Shown one piece after another: positions 1 through 13,440 of a DNA stretch of 64,000 bases. The position numbers were made by a program, and so were the translations under genes. The notes beneath the pieces are model-generated. The model did no database searches, was not told the origin of the DNA, and saw nothing but the letters and a program-made list of their open reading frames with translations. Origin of the DNA: Squalus acanthias (Eukaryota); the NCBI GenBank assembly GCA_030390025.1, contig CM059432.1, positions 70,992,001-71,056,000 on the forward strand, read 5' to 3'. Within the stretch, counting starts at the first letter, position 1. Each line of letters begins with the position of its first letter.

Positions 1-2254
1 CCATATGCCATTTGACACTTACATCCCTGCACCCTTACCCATTCCCTCTCTCTCTATGGTCACATTCACTTAACTATTGGACCATGCAGCCCTCACACTC
101 CCTATCACTGTGATGCCATGACAACAACAACTTTCAACACACAGGGAGGGTCCTTTGTATCCTTCTAAGCATCTATGTTATGGATTCTCTACACTCACTC
201 CTTCATTCTCACTCAAACTCCACTTGTGTCCCTCATTGCAGGAGAAGAGAGCCCACAATAAGAGGGAAAGGGCGAGGACAGGAGGAGGGCCACCCTCAGT
301 AGCCCAGCTCACCCACTGGGAGGAGGCGGCCCTGGAAATCGCTGGGATCGAGGAGGATACCCAAGTGGGGGATGGACAGATGGGCGCATCACAGCAAGCT
401 GGTGACAGAATAGTTTGGCATCTCTCTCATTGACATAGCATGAGTCACTGATAATGATTCTGATGCTCTAACAGATTGTCTTATGATCATCTGCAATATT
501 CAATGTGCATGTAAAATTGGCCTCACATCTCTGACTCTTTCCTTTACTCCCCCACAGGACCATCGAAAGCCCCCATCCCCACTATCCAGGAGGAACAGCC
601 TGAGCCTCCAGACTCCTCAGAGGAAGCTGCAACCTCTGAGGGCGCAGCGTCAGCAGAATTCAGCGCACCCAGCACCAGTGGAGAGGATGGCTATGTCCAT
701 GGAGGAGCTTAGTCGCCAGGGTATTGAAAATATGGTCATTGTTCAGAATAGAATGACATCTCTTGAGGAGCGATGGTCAGCTATTGAGCAAACAAACCAG
801 ACCTTCATGCAAGTCCTCTGGAGTAGGACTTCCAATGCAGAAACGGGTCCTCATGGCCCCCCTGCAGTGCAGCAAGGTGCTGTCAAGCCACTTGCTAGCT
901 CTGAAGTGGGGCTGACCCATGAGAGGGATGTTGGTGGCAGACAACAAGGAAGTGAGGGCTCCTCTCCAAGCGCTCACATGACCATGCCACAGCAAAGCCC
1001 TCGGTCAGAGCACCACCAGAGTCCTCACCCAACTGAGATGGGCGTCTTAGCCCCTGCACAGCTGCAGGAGCAGCAGACTGTTGGTGAGCCCGCACAGGTT
1101 CACCACCCCAGAGGACGCCTGCCAAAGGCGTCAAGATAGGAGCAGCAAGAGAGTGAGCAAGGGGCCTCCACATCTGCTGTAGCCACAGGGGAAGCACCAC
1201 GTAGGAGCATGCATAAGAGGAAGATAAAGCACAAGTAGTCACAAGGGTAGTCACTTGGGTGCTGTGTTGTTTTGTTTTTGGACCAGCCATCATTGTGATT
1301 GTATTATAAAGTGTTTTGATGGCAAACTGTTGAAGTTGTGGCCTGTGTCATTTCGCAAATGGGACTTACACATAGAGGGCTTAGGGCGCCTTGCGATTAT
1401 CAGAATGGTGGTCAGAGTGATAGGATTCCACAGGTTCTTGTCCATTGTCGATGCTCTGGTAAGAAGGAGCGAGACTAAAGTGTTTGATTGTGCAGGCTAA
1501 GCAAATCTGGCCAGGATGAGTGCATCCCTTGCATCCCGGGCAGCAATGTTGTCGCGCGCTGGCGCCTTCTGGCCTGTGCATCTTCAGGTGGGTGACTAGC
1601 AGCTTGCCGCTCCTGTTGATGCTCCTGCTGTTGGTGGTGCTGTTGCTCATGGTTCTGCTGCTGCCGCGGCTGGTCTGCATCCGAATCTGATGTCCAGGAG
1701 GAAAGGAATTAAATGTTCGCCATGCTTCTGGAATATGCCTCAGTTGAAGAAGCGCTTAGTCAAGGTGGGGGAGAGGGGTTTCCCAGGAGGTCACACTGGA
1801 GATGGGTGTCAGGCTCCAAACTTCCACAACAATGAGTATGCCTGCTAAAAGCTCCCCCAGACCTGAGACAACAAAGTTCTGCCACCTGCAAATGATCATC
1901 GGTGAAAACTCCTTTGTAATGGTGGAGCTGCAGCTGTGTGTAAACAATCCACTTGTGAGGCCACCAGGAATACCTGGCGTGTTCCAGAGGAGGTGTGAAG
2001 GATGGGGGGAATGTCTAAAAATTGGAAAGGCCTCTCAAAATGGGATTATAGAGGCTATTAAGTGGTTGTTAAGGGCCTTAAGGGCGTATCGCGCCTCTTG
2101 GAGGCGGGATGGAAAGGGGGTCAGAAAACACGCATTAGGGAAAATTGCTCGGAGGCGGGATGGAGGTGGGATTGGGCCCACCCGCTATTTTTGGCGATTT
2201 AAACAACTCACACGCCTCCAATCCCGCCTCTTCGGGCCTGGCAAAATTGAGCCC
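1..2254. mobile_element. PIF/Harbinger element, internally deleted, left end outside window; relative of 4852-9361
   Basis: Myb-gene exons 2-3 on + (EKRAHNKRERARTGGGPP..., QNRMTSLEERW) match 5717-7085. Transposase on - is reduced to the Q-rich N-terminus fused to the [12 protein letters not shown]-terminus. GGAGGCGGG subterminal repeats; terminus GGCAAAATTGAGCCC ends at 2254. Confidence 0.85.
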
Positions 2255-2382
2255 ATAATGTTCCATTTCCGAAAGGGGATGGGGTCCCATTACCTGGCCT
2301 GATTGATTGACAGGTACGTTTGATTGGAACGTTCGCAAAGCAGAAAGGAGGTGTCACCGTGCCAGTAAGACACGGACTGATT

Positions 2383-4133
2383 GGGCTGAATTTTGCCGGC
2401 ATTCAGAGTGTGAGTTTGGAGGTGGGTCTGCTGTCAAAATCGAAATGATTGACAGCGGGTTGGGAGCCCACTCCGAACCTGCCTCCATGTAAGTCTCCAA
2501 AATGTCGGGTCTGCAATTTCAGAACAGTCCCAACATCAAGCGGTGGGGGAGGCATTTAAGATAGTTAACTGCTTGTTAAACGCTTGTTAACTACTATTTT
2601 GCCAGCCTATTTCTATTTTACCACTTTTTTAACGAGGTTCACGTCGTTCGAGATCACGTCAGGTAAGTAGGTTGGGTTCTCCAAGTCTCCCCATTGTTGT
2701 GAATAGGTGACAGCTGCAAAAGTGGTATAAAAGCTACCATTTCACAGCTGTTCACTTTCCAATGTCAAAAGCTTGAGCCTTCAGGACTTGGAAGACACTT
2801 TTGAGCTGTATGCAGTTTGGAAGTGTTTGGAGTAAACTCTCTATCCACTGTCACCTCTTTGGAGCAAGCTCTCTCACCATTGACAGATCGCTTCTGTCAC
2901 CTCAACTTCAGCTGCCATCAATTCCAGCAACATCGGTGCCCTTGGAAAAAATCTCACCTTGGTCCTCTGAATCCCTCCATGATCAGCCCCAACACCAACA
3001 TCACCAGGCGCACAAACATCACCAACAACAGCACCAAACTTCTCCGCAATCACCTGATGCTGCACAGGACACAGGGCATCAGCGCCCGACAACATTGCTG
3101 CCTGGGAGGCCAGCGATGGCCTCATCATGGCTAGATTTACTTCACTTGACGCTGTACACCCTGGCTGCCACATGATGTGCCAGGTTGACACCACCCCACA
3201 CCAGCATGGGGGCAGGGGGTGGGGGGGTGGGAAAGTTATGTCTCAACATTCACTGGAGCTCACTAAGACACTGCCAAAGGTGAGCACAGATCTGTCCAAT
3301 AAGGTAAAGTGTTGAAAATATAGATTTCAATGTTTGACACCACATTAACAGAAAATTTACATGAACATTGCATAAAACACCCAAATGCCTACCCTTGTGT
3401 GTTGTTTGTTGGCATGATTGCACTAAGATGAGGGTGAGTGTGAGGGGTGACTACTGAGATGGGGAAGTGATAATGTAGATAGAGAGGGATGGGTGGAGGT
3501 GCAAGGTAAGTTGGTGTGAGTGAGGATGTGAAGGAGTAGGGTAGGGAAGGCAGAGTGATGGGGATGTGATGAGTGGCACAGCAGGATGAGGTTGGGTGTG
3601 GATTTGCAGTAACGTTTCGTGATCTACTGAGATCATTGAAAGGTTTGCGCCACTGCAGCCTCGTCTTCCTGATGACATCCCTGCTTGTGTCCTCCTGTGC
3701 AATGTGCAACCAGGCTGTGTTGGTGTCCTGGGGAGGTCTCTTCCGCCCTTGGAAGGGAAGACGACCTCCCTGCGTGCTGTGACTCCCTCCATAAGCATAT
3801 GGAGCGAGTCATGGGAGAGCCTGGGTGCAGGCCGTGCACCTCTGTGCAGTGCTTGTCAGTGTTTGCAGCATCTCAATGCTGTAGAACACTCACAGCAGAA
3901 CTGTCAATATCAATTTGGACATGGCCCCTTTAAGGAAACCGGCTGATGACGCGTCATCAAATGATGTCATCAGACCCGCTTCCTTTTAATTGGCTGGGAA
4001 CCTCGCAGAGTGGGTTAACAAGCCCAATCAACGTAAAATCATGTTGGAGGCCCAGATCGACACAACTGCAGGGTCAGGACTCGCCAAGGACGTCGCCCGC
4101 CCCGGACCCGCCGAGGTTGGTAAAATCCAGCCC
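2383..4133. mobile_element. Non-autonomous Harbinger deletion derivative
   Basis: TIRs GGGCTGAATTTTGCC / GGTAAAATCCAGCCC. Transposase N- and C-terminal remnants on + (about 2930-3140). Myb exon 1 remnant on - (LMEGVTARREVVFPS...WRKPFNDLSRSR). Confidence 0.8.
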
Positions 4134-4471
4134 AGTGTATTGAGATGGTTTTTCAAGGTGGGGAGAGAAGCAAGAGGTGGAGGGGTTTAGAGAGGGAGTT
4201 CCAGAGAAAGAATCGAGGCAGCTAAATGTTCTGCCACTAATAGTGAGGCGAAGGGACAGGGAACGCACAAAAGCCCAGGCTAAAGGATGTAGGAGGGGGT
4301 ATAAAACTGGAAGAGGTTGCAGAAGGTTGGGTTGAGGTCGTGAAGGGATTTGAAGATTCCAACAAAGATTCTAAATTTAAAAAGTGTTGGGGGACAAACA
4401 GCCAAAGTTAGTTTTGCAAAATGGGGATAATGGGTGAACAGGACTGAGTGCAGAAAAGAATAAGAGTGGCT

Positions 4472-4806
4472 GGGGGAAAAATTGAGTTGTGCCCCCCTTT
4501 GGGGCGCTAACTTTGCCAGGATGCTACTTTTAGCGCCCCGAAAAAATTAGCACCCCCGCAGCCGAAATTCATCGATAGCACCCCAAGAGGGATGCGGGGC
4601 GCTACTGGAAGCGCCCCGCCTACCTCTGGGGCGTTGCGAGGGAATATCGCGGTGCTACGTGCCGCGGTATTGCAGGCCTTCCTCCCCTTCTTAAAGGGGA
4701 GGGGCCTTGCGCAGCGCGACCCGGGGCCCAGCTGGGCCACTGGGGATCGGAGTGCCGGCATAAGAGGGCGCTAACGGAAGGCGCAAAGCAACCGAATTTC
4801 TCCCCC
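4472..4806. mobile_element. Harbinger-type MITE
   Basis: Termini GGGGGAAAAATT / AATTTCTCCCCC; GGCGCTA/TAGCGCC subterminal motifs; CpG-rich. Confidence 0.75.
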
Positions 4807-5134
4807 GTTAAGTTTTGGACAAATCAGAAATGATGTAGTTTGGAGAGTAAGGGGGCGATTTTCCTAATGGAGGCGGGTTGGAGGCGGGTTTCGGTTTGGG
4901 TGGATTCCAAACTCGCCTCCACTGAAAGGTGGGAAAAAATTGTGATTTTCTCCTAATTGGCCAGTTGATTTCAGAGGTGTGGGTTCCCCTGGGCCAATTA
5001 GTGTTTTGGGACTGAAACTCGCCTCTGCTGACGTCACTTATCCAACCTCATTTAAGGGCTGCTTGCTGCCTTGGCTCATTCCACTGGATTTTTGTCGATG
5101 CTGCACCACCTCCAACATTTTTTCAGATTCTACA

Positions 5135-7085
5135 ATGGCCAACTCCAAGGCAAGGGCCTCCCCGAGGTTCTCAGATGAGGTGCTGGGAATGCTGGTTGAG
5201 GGGACGAGAGCCAGCAGGGAGGTGCTCTTCCCCTCATCTGGGAGATAGCGGCCTCCCGAAGAAACCAAGGCTGTCTGGGTACAGCTGGCAAGGGAGATCA
5301 CCTCCAGATCAGTGTGCAGCAGAATATGGGTGCAGTGCCGTAAAAAGTTCAATGACCTTGTAAGATCAGGCAAAGTGAGTATACCTTCAGCTTGACCCTC
5401 CTTCTGCTCCCCTTCTCCTCTCATCACCAGCACTCTGCATTGTCAACCTCCTCCTACACATCCCACTTTACCCTTACAACCCTTGCACCCTTCACCATCC
5501 CTCTCACTCTATGAACCCAATCACTTGACTATTTGACTATGCTGCCCTCACACTCCCTTTCAATGTTATGCAATGACAACGACTAACAACACACAGGGAG
5601 GGCCCTTGGACATGGAACCTCACTCCATCTTTGTCTCCTTCTAGCATCTATGCTCTGGACTCTCTACACTCACTCTATCATTCTCACTCCAACTCCACTT
5701 GTCTCCCTCACTGCAGGAAAAGAGAGACCACAATAGAAGGGAAAGGGCGAAGAGGAGGAGGGCCACCTTCCATAGCCATTCTCACCCAGGCTGAAGAGGC
5801 GGCCCTGAACATCGCCGGCGCAGAGGTGGAGGTGGAAGTGGGGCTCGGACAGACGGACGAGGCAGAGCAAGCTGGTGACAGAATAGTTTTACCTCTCACT
5901 CATTTACACTGCTTGAGTGATTGAAATGGTTGCTGGTGTACATTATTAGAATGCCACTTGAGCATCTGCACTATTGCATGTGCATGCCACACTTCCGTCA
6001 AATGTCTAACCCATGCCTTTACTCCCTCACAGGACCATCCACAGAGCCCCACCACCCCCCCCCCCCCCCCCCCCACTGTCCAGGAGGAAGAGGCTGAGCA
6101 GAAAAACTCCTCAGGGGAACCTGCAACCTCTGAGGATGCAGCGTCAGCACCCAGCACCAGCGCAGATACGCACACCTCAGTGGGACCTTCGGGACATAGA
6201 TTAGCGTTGTCACCGTGTGTATCACATCTCACAGGTGAGCATTAGCAGGTGGTGGAGACAGGGACAGCAGTGGAGAGTCCTCGGTGGAGGGCGCAGGACT
6301 CTCCTAGCTCTGCTCCGCTGCATGTGGACCCTGTGCCTCTGGGTCCATCCAGAAATAGAGCGGTGCTGGAACTCCAGGAGCAGGTGCAGGAGTCTCTGAC
6401 AGGTCTTGTCTCCAGGGTCACTGCGAGTGTGGAGAGAATGGAGGAGTCCAACTCTAACCTGAGCAGTGCCATTGGAGAGGCAATGGCGCATATACGCAGC
6501 ACCACAGAAAGGATGGCAACCTCCGTGGAAAGGCTGGCTATGGCCATGGAAGCAATAAGTCGCCGGAGTGAGGAAAACATGGTGATTATTCAGAATAGAC
6601 TGACATCTCTGGAGGAGCGATGGGCAGCTATTGAACAGAGAAACCAGAGCTTCATGGAGGTCCTTTTGAGTAGGACTGCCAGTGCAGAGACGGTTCCCCA
6701 TGGCCCCCCTGATGTGCAGCAAGGTGCTCTCAAGCCACTTGCAAGCGCTGAGGTGGGCCTGACCCATGAGAGGGAAGTTGGTGGTAGACAACAAGGAAGT
6801 GGGGGCTCCTCTCCAAGCACTCACACTTCCATGCCACTGCGTAGCCCTTGGTCAGAGCCCCACCAGAGTCCGCACCCAACTGAGATGGGCGTCTCAGCCC
6901 CTGCACTGCCGCAGGAGGAGCAGATGTTTGGCGAGCCCTCACAGGCTCGTAAACCCAGAGGATGCCCGCCAAAGGTGTCGAAGCAGGAGCAGCATCAAAG
7001 TGAGCAAGGGGCCTCCACTTCTGCTGAAGCCATAGGGGGAGCACCACGTAGGAGCAAGCGTAAGAGAAAAATAAAGCACCATTAG
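5135..7085 (+). pseudogene. Harbinger Myb/SANT-like DNA-binding protein (NAIF1/Myb_DNA-bind_5-like), 3 exons, disrupted
   Basis: MANSKARASPRFSDEVLGMLVE...WVQCRKKFNDLVRSGK then GTGAGT donor at 5375. Acceptor CTGCAG at 5716; exon 3 from about 6032; C-terminal basic tail PRRSKRKRK. In-frame TAG at 5246 and 6243, plus a frameshift in exon 2. Confidence 0.85.
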
Positions 7086-7343
7086 TCACAGGGGTAGCCA
7101 CTTGGGTGAATGTTTATGTGTATTGATGAAATGCCATCCCTGTTGGAAAGTATAAAAATGATTTGATGGCAAACTGTTGGCATGATAGCATCTGTTATTT
7201 CGCCTTAGGCAGCTCCACATTGCGGGCTCCACGACACTTGCGTGGTCAGGTTGGTGGCCAGAGCGAAAGGAGGCCAGAGAGTCATGTCCATTTGTCTATC
7301 ATGTCTTAAGATGGAGCCAAGGACATGTGCCAACATGGGCAAC

Positions 7344-8606
7344 CTATGCAAATCTGGCCAGGATAAGTGCATGCCTTGCATCACGGGCAGCCATGTACTT
7401 GCATGCTGCCACTGCTGCTGGTCGATAGGCCGGCGCTCGGTCCTCCTCCTGCTCCTCCTCCTGCTCCTGCTCCTGCTCCTCCTGCTCCTCCTCACCCTCA
7501 TCTGAGGAGGCTATGAACTGAACCACTTGCTCATCAGGAAGCTGCAAGCCACGACGCTGTGCCATGTTGTGCGGTGCACAGCAGAGCACAACCATTCTGG
7601 AGACCCTGGCTGCTGAATACTGCAGGGCTCCACCTGATCTGTCAAGGCATCGGAATCGCATCTTCAACAAGCCAATGATTTGCTCGATGATGGACCTGGT
7701 TGAAGTGTGGCTGGCGTTGTAGCGCTCTTCAGCCTCGTTAGCTGGCCTCCTGATCGGCGTCATTAGCCACTTCTTCAGGGGGTAGCCCTTGTCACCAAGG
7801 AGCCATCCGTTAAGTTGGTTTGGCGGATTGAAGAGTGGAGGAACACTAGAGCTCCGCAGGATGAAAGAGTCATGGCAAATATCACAGAACTTGGCGCAAA
7901 CATGCAAAATCTCCTTCTTGTGGTTACACACCAGCTGTACGTTGAGGGAATGGAAGCCCTTGCGGTTAACAAAGATAGCTGGGTTGTGATGGGGTGCCCT
8001 AAGTGCCACATGTGTGCAGTCTATGACACCCTGCACCATTGGCAAACCTGCCATATTTGCAAAGCCAACTGAATGTGCGGTGACACTTGCTTGATCCCTT
8101 GAGAAGTGGATGTAATGCTGGGCCTTAGCAAAAAGGGCATTGGTAACCTGCGTGATGCAACTGTGGGTGGCCGACTGGGAGATGCCGCTGATGTCTGCTG
8201 ATGATCCCTGGTAGGAGCCTGAGGCAAAGAAGTTGAGTGCGGATGTGACTTTGACAGCCACTGGTAAGGGGTGTCCACCCGCTCCTCTGGGCTCCAGGTG
8301 TTGGTGCAGCAGTGCGCAGTTGTCTCAGACAACCTCTCGCGAAAGTCTCAGCCTCCTTTGGCACTGCTGCTCACTCATGTTGAGTTAGCTCATCCTCTGT
8401 CTGTAAACCCTGAGAGGGGGGTATCTCCTGCGGTGAGGTGCTTTGCTGTGCTGGCGCCTTCTGCCCTGTGCAGCATCAGGTTGGTGAGCAGGAGGTTGGG
8501 GCTCCTGCTGCTGTTGCTGCTGAGCTGGCTGGTTCTGCTGCTGCTGTGGCTGCTCCTCATCCGAATCTGAGCGCCATGGTGAAAGGAAATAAATGGTTCC
8601 TGACAT
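7344..8606 (-). pseudogene. Harbinger DDE transposase (HARBI1-like) with two in-frame stops near the N-terminus
   Basis: [58 protein letters not shown]. Upstream RRYPPLRVYRQRMS is in the same frame, with stops near 8385 and 8326. Confidence 0.9.
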
Positions 8607-11443
8607 GAATCTGTCATTCATGAAAGAAAGACTTAAGAAATAATGCTGAGTGGCCTGCGGGTGGCGCTGTCCAGGGAGAGTATAAATACTCGGGCACGGG
8701 CCCAGCTTGCGCAGGACATTCTTAACAGGAACCAGTGAAGGACACAACTAGACCTCCATGTTGTAAAACAGTTGATTAAAGCTTTGTTTAACGCTTAGAC
8801 CAAGTGCCTAGTAGTTTTCTTACGTCAGTTCCCGTGCTGCCGGCAGATACCTCCGTTGGGGAAGCGCTCAGTCCAAGCGGGGAGCGGGTCTTCCAAGGAG
8901 GTCCCACAGTTGAGAGATAGAAGATGCAGCACCTCCGATTTCGGTAGGCCTGCTAAAAGTGCCGAAAGACCTTTTGAACCAAAGTTCTGCCACCTGCAAC
9001 TGATCCCTGATGAAAGCTCCATTTTAATGGTGGAGCTGCAGCTGTGAGGAGACCACCCACTTGTCAACCCGCCAGGATTAGCTGGCGTGGTTTAGGAGGG
9101 TTGTAGAACACGCTGAAAATGTGGAAAAATAATGAGGGCCTATCAAAATAGGATTATAGAGGCCCTTAACTACTATTTAAGGGTCTTAACTACCTCTCTG
9201 GACTGCTGGAGGCGGGACCAAATCGCACCCATCAAAACCGCATCCGGCAAAATTGCGCGGAGGCGGGTTGGAGGCGGGTTCCGAACCCATACTCAATTTT
9301 TGCCATTTTGCCAACTGTCCCACCTCCAAACCCGCCTCCTCGGGGCTGGGAAAATCGCCCCTCAGAGTCAGAAATGGGGCATTGGAGAAAAATATTCTGT
9401 CAGTGACAAAAGCATGGATAAAGGGTTTCCACAGTGCAGGAGTTGCGGTAGGAGCAGAAACAGGCAGTGTTGCAGAGATGGAAACAAGAAGTTGTGGTGA
9501 TGGGTAGACTGGTGTTTGGAGCTCAGCTCTGGATCAAACAGAAGTCAAGGTCTCACACTGTCTGGTTCAGCCTGAATGAGTGGTTGGTGAGGAGGAGGAT
9601 GGAGCCAGTGATAAAGAGCAGAGTTTATGGTGGTGGCCAAAAATAATGATAAACCGTATTGTTACTTCTGGACTATCATACACAGCATGTATGATAGATT
9701 AGGTTTTGGTTTTGGTTCACAGGAGAGTTGAGTCTTGATTTTAACAGCAGGCATCAAACAGGCGGGCAGTGGGCGGAATGCTTGCCTTTCTGCTGGCAGG
9801 TGGCCTAACAATAAATATATATGCTTAATTGTATAACTAATTTATATTAGTCATCGTAACCTTAAACTGAGATGCATGGCAACGGGTAGGAATTTAAAAA
9901 AGTTTTTTGTAAAGCATTTTCAGATGCAGTAATATAGTTTTTGTGAAGAGCTGTGACCTGTTAGAGATTAAATAAAGCCACTAATGAGGTTTATAAACCA
10001 ACTGTCACTCTATATTGGTTTATGTTTTAAAAAAAATAGCAACTCATGATTTCTTACCAAATCTCATGATTTCTAAGAGTTTGTCTTATGATTTATGAGA
10101 CGGTGGGCTTGGCATTACTGGGTATTGTAAAATACATGTTATTTGATAAAAGTACTCTTGTGCTGAAATTTGAATTCATTTTCAGTAATCCAGGTACATG
10201 CTGATTTCTTTTTAAAACAAAATACTTTTCCTCCGTTCTTGATAAATCAATTTTTTCAGTTAAGTGAAATGATCACTGGCTACCTATGAAGTTCTTCATA
10301 TGTGGACCTAGCATCATTTTAGTGATTTGCCAGATTTGCCAAGCATGCAGTTTATTTAATGTTACTGTAACATGTATTCCAAATAATAAAAAAGAAAACA
10401 TGAAGTTGTTTTTAGAGAAATTAATCAGAGGCGGCAAATGTAAAGGGAAACAATCATTCTGTAATCTTTCAAAAGCCTAACCTAGGCCCAAATTAACAAA
10501 TTTGGCTCTTTGAAAGAAAGCCATAAAGAATATGTTTGACGACTTGTATCTATTACTTTGTCTCTCTAACTCATGCACACAGACACATTCCTGGTAGCAG
10601 CATCATCTAACTATAATAAATACATGTTAAATAAAAGTACAAGCAGCACTTTATTTCTCTGCAGTATTTAACAGAGACACAACATATAAAACCCAATTTA
10701 ATCTTTATTGTTTCCGATAGTCTTGTACTCAAGTAAAGAATTAATAAAAAGCTAAAAGCAAATTTAATGTTGAATGTAAGGTAGCATAGAACTTCTATGC
10801 CATTTTGTTCCAGCGTTTTTATGGGGATGTTGAGTGAACTCGACTATAAGTCCTAATAATTTAATACCTGTTCTGAGTGTTGGCTAATCTGTTTTTATTT
10901 TATATAATTCACACAACTTTTATTAAAGGGAATAGCTAGCAGATTGTTAAAATCAAAAAACAAAACATTAGTCAGAAACAAACTTAAGTATTTTCCAAGT
11001 GATACAATCATGAACGGAAGATTGTTCTTTAATAAAACTCTTCCCTTTGGAAAACAACTAAACAAAATGGTTTATGTGTAACCTTCCTCATATTTTCAGT
11101 TTTAATTTTCCAGTTTAGATAAATACAATTAAAACTTGTCTTATTTGATCTTTTTCTCCTCCCCTGACCTCAGAGTGACCTGAGCTCTTAATAGCTCTTG
11201 ATATAAATGATCCAAGTTCTGGTATTCATTCTTATTACTCTGTTCTCCTAAAGAGTCTTTTCCTTATACAGAAATTACCTGTGAGTTTTCTGACTGGTGC
11301 TTAGAGCTGCATTGCTGGAGATTGATTTTAGTTGAACACCCTCCATCAGAGGTTGATTTTTTTTCATACTTAAAGAGATCCTCTCAATATCTTGTTAACT
11401 CACTGGCCCAAGTTTTTCAGACATTGATGTTTCCCCATGATAC

Positions 11444-11825
11444 AAGAACATAAGAACATAAGAAATAGGAGCAGGAGTAGGCCATTCGGCCCCATGAGCC
11501 TGCTCCGCCATTCAATAAGATTATGGCTGATCTGATCTTGGCCTTAACTCCACTTTCCTGCCTGTTCCCCATAACCCTTGACTCCCCTGTAGTTCAAAAA
11601 TCTGTCTATCTCTGCCTTGAAAATATTCACTGACTCAGCCTCCACAGCTCTCCAAAGATTCACGACCCTCTGAGAGAAGAAATTCCTCCTCATCTCCGTC
11701 TTAAATGGGCGACCCCTTATCCTGAAACTATGCCTCCTAGTTCTAGATTTCCCCACGAGGGAAAACATCCTCTCAGCATCTACCCTGTCAAGTCCCATCA
11801 GAATCTTATATGTTTCAATAAGATA
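11444..11825 (-). mobile_element. CR1 LINE 3' fragment
   Basis: ORF2 C-terminus LIETYKIL.GLDRVDAERMF...RRNFFSQRVVNLW; (TTCTTATG)n tail. Confidence 0.9.
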
Positions 11826-12691
11826 TGTAACATTTAGATTCACTTCTGAACTGAAGGTCTGTGCAGGGTCTCTGAAAAGGAGAAAAGTGCCTGATTGAAG
11901 TCATATTTCATTACGACTATAAACAAATCTAACCTCGGATATGGGGGCTTTCTTGCATGCTCTGATACTGGTGATGGGAAGATGAAGGGACATGATCTGT
12001 GGATTCTATAACATTTGTACCTCCCTTTGAGAGTCCTGAAGTAAGTATCTGTATACAAGAGATAGCTTCCAGCTACCCAGTTATATACAGAAGCATTAGT
12101 TCCCCACAAAGACTTTATTGAAGATGCTCTGTTTCTAAAACTCCCCCCAACCCCTCCAAGATCACGGTGCCCTGCCCAAGGGCAAAGTTGTCACAATTTA
12201 TGTGAGGAGATACAAGATTATTAATTCATAATGGACTATAAGTAACCTGAATTAATAAGCAATACAAAGAAATAAAAATAATAAAAAAGAAACAAAATAA
12301 TTTTGCAGAATTTTAAGCAGAATTGTATAGCTTTTATTAAAAAAGATCTGATTAAGAACATTTACATATGCTTTAAAATACTTGCATTATACATTATTGC
12401 ATTGAGACAGGAAAATGTGAAGTAATAAATCTTTCAAAAACTTAAAGCCTACCAGAATCAGTAGAAGCAGAAGAGTGGTTCGGTCTTTAATACATGAGAT
12501 GCAATAATAGAGCTATCTGCAGGAATAGGGTTACCTGCAATTCTGACCAGGTCAGTTTTTTCTCTCTCTGGCCATATTTGGTTCTTTTAAAGTCAGTCTT
12601 CGTTAATCTCAATTTTTTGCCTAGTAATTTAATTTAGATACTTGATGCACTTCTTCCAGTCTTCTGGAGTTCGACTAACTTTATATTTGAT

Positions 12692-13275
12692 GGGGACGAA
12701 ATTGGGTGCCTTTGTGCCTCCTGCAAATGGCTTTGCGACCGTGCGTGGCGCTGACATCGACTCCCGCCATATTCGGCAGGAGTTTTGCGGCAGCGCTACA
12801 GTGATGCGCCCCGATCTCCTTCGTCCGGAGATCGTGACATCATCGCCGTGCGCATCGCCCCTGGTAGCGCCCTGGACCCGAAATTGACTTCTGCCCCCTG
12901 CAGCAGCATCGGTCGAAAACACCGACAGCTCCAGGAGGCAGCCGGCCGCTTCAGGGGCGATGATTAAAGGCGAGGTGGCCGAGGTTTTTTTCACGTGCTC
13001 CTGCCCGCGATCGATCAGCCCGGCCCTCCGCTTGAGAGCCGGGCTGATCGCGCGGGATCGCGACTGCCTTGGTGGTCCAGGTAGGTACTTTTTTTATTGC
13101 AGAGCCTGCAGCGATGGTCCTTCCCTTTAAGGGAGGGAAGGAGCCTTTGAACACGGCAGCGCTGCACGGCCCAGTGTGCAGCACTGCTGAAGTCTCCGCC
13201 CCACCTGCTGCCGATTGCACTCCAAGAAGGAAGTGGAGCATTTGATTTAGCGCTCCACTTCCTTCTTTGCTAATT
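12692..13275. mobile_element. Harbinger-type MITE, right end lost; same family as 50169-50902
   Basis: Begins GGGGACGAAATTGGGTGCCTTTGTGCCTCC; colinear with 50169-50800. Confidence 0.8.
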
Positions 13276-13440
13276 TTCTTCACAACAATTCACCAACCTC
13301 CTTGATGGAGTTCAGTCTGCATAGTCTCAACCATCGAAAGGGCAACCATCAAAAGGAACTTTTTAGCCATAATCAATTTGAGCAATACCTTCCTGAGTGC
13401 TTCTATGCAAACATTATTCTGCTTCAATTGGAAAGGTAAT

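Larger units (their letters stand above)
4852..9361. mobile_element. Full-length but decayed PIF/Harbinger transposon
   Basis: TIRs GGGGCGATTTTCC / GGAAAATCGCCCC; GGAGGCGGG subterminal repeats; convergent Myb (+) and transposase (-) genes. Confidence 0.92.
4135..9650 (-). mobile_element. Old L2-type LINE fragment in three pieces (about 4135-4471, 4807-4850, 9362-9650), split by two Harbinger insertions
   Basis: 4150-4260 resembles the L2 3' fragment at 39700-39800 (GAGAGG..GGTTTAGG..GGGAATTCCAGAG); sequence of similar character resumes after each insertion. Confidence 0.45.
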
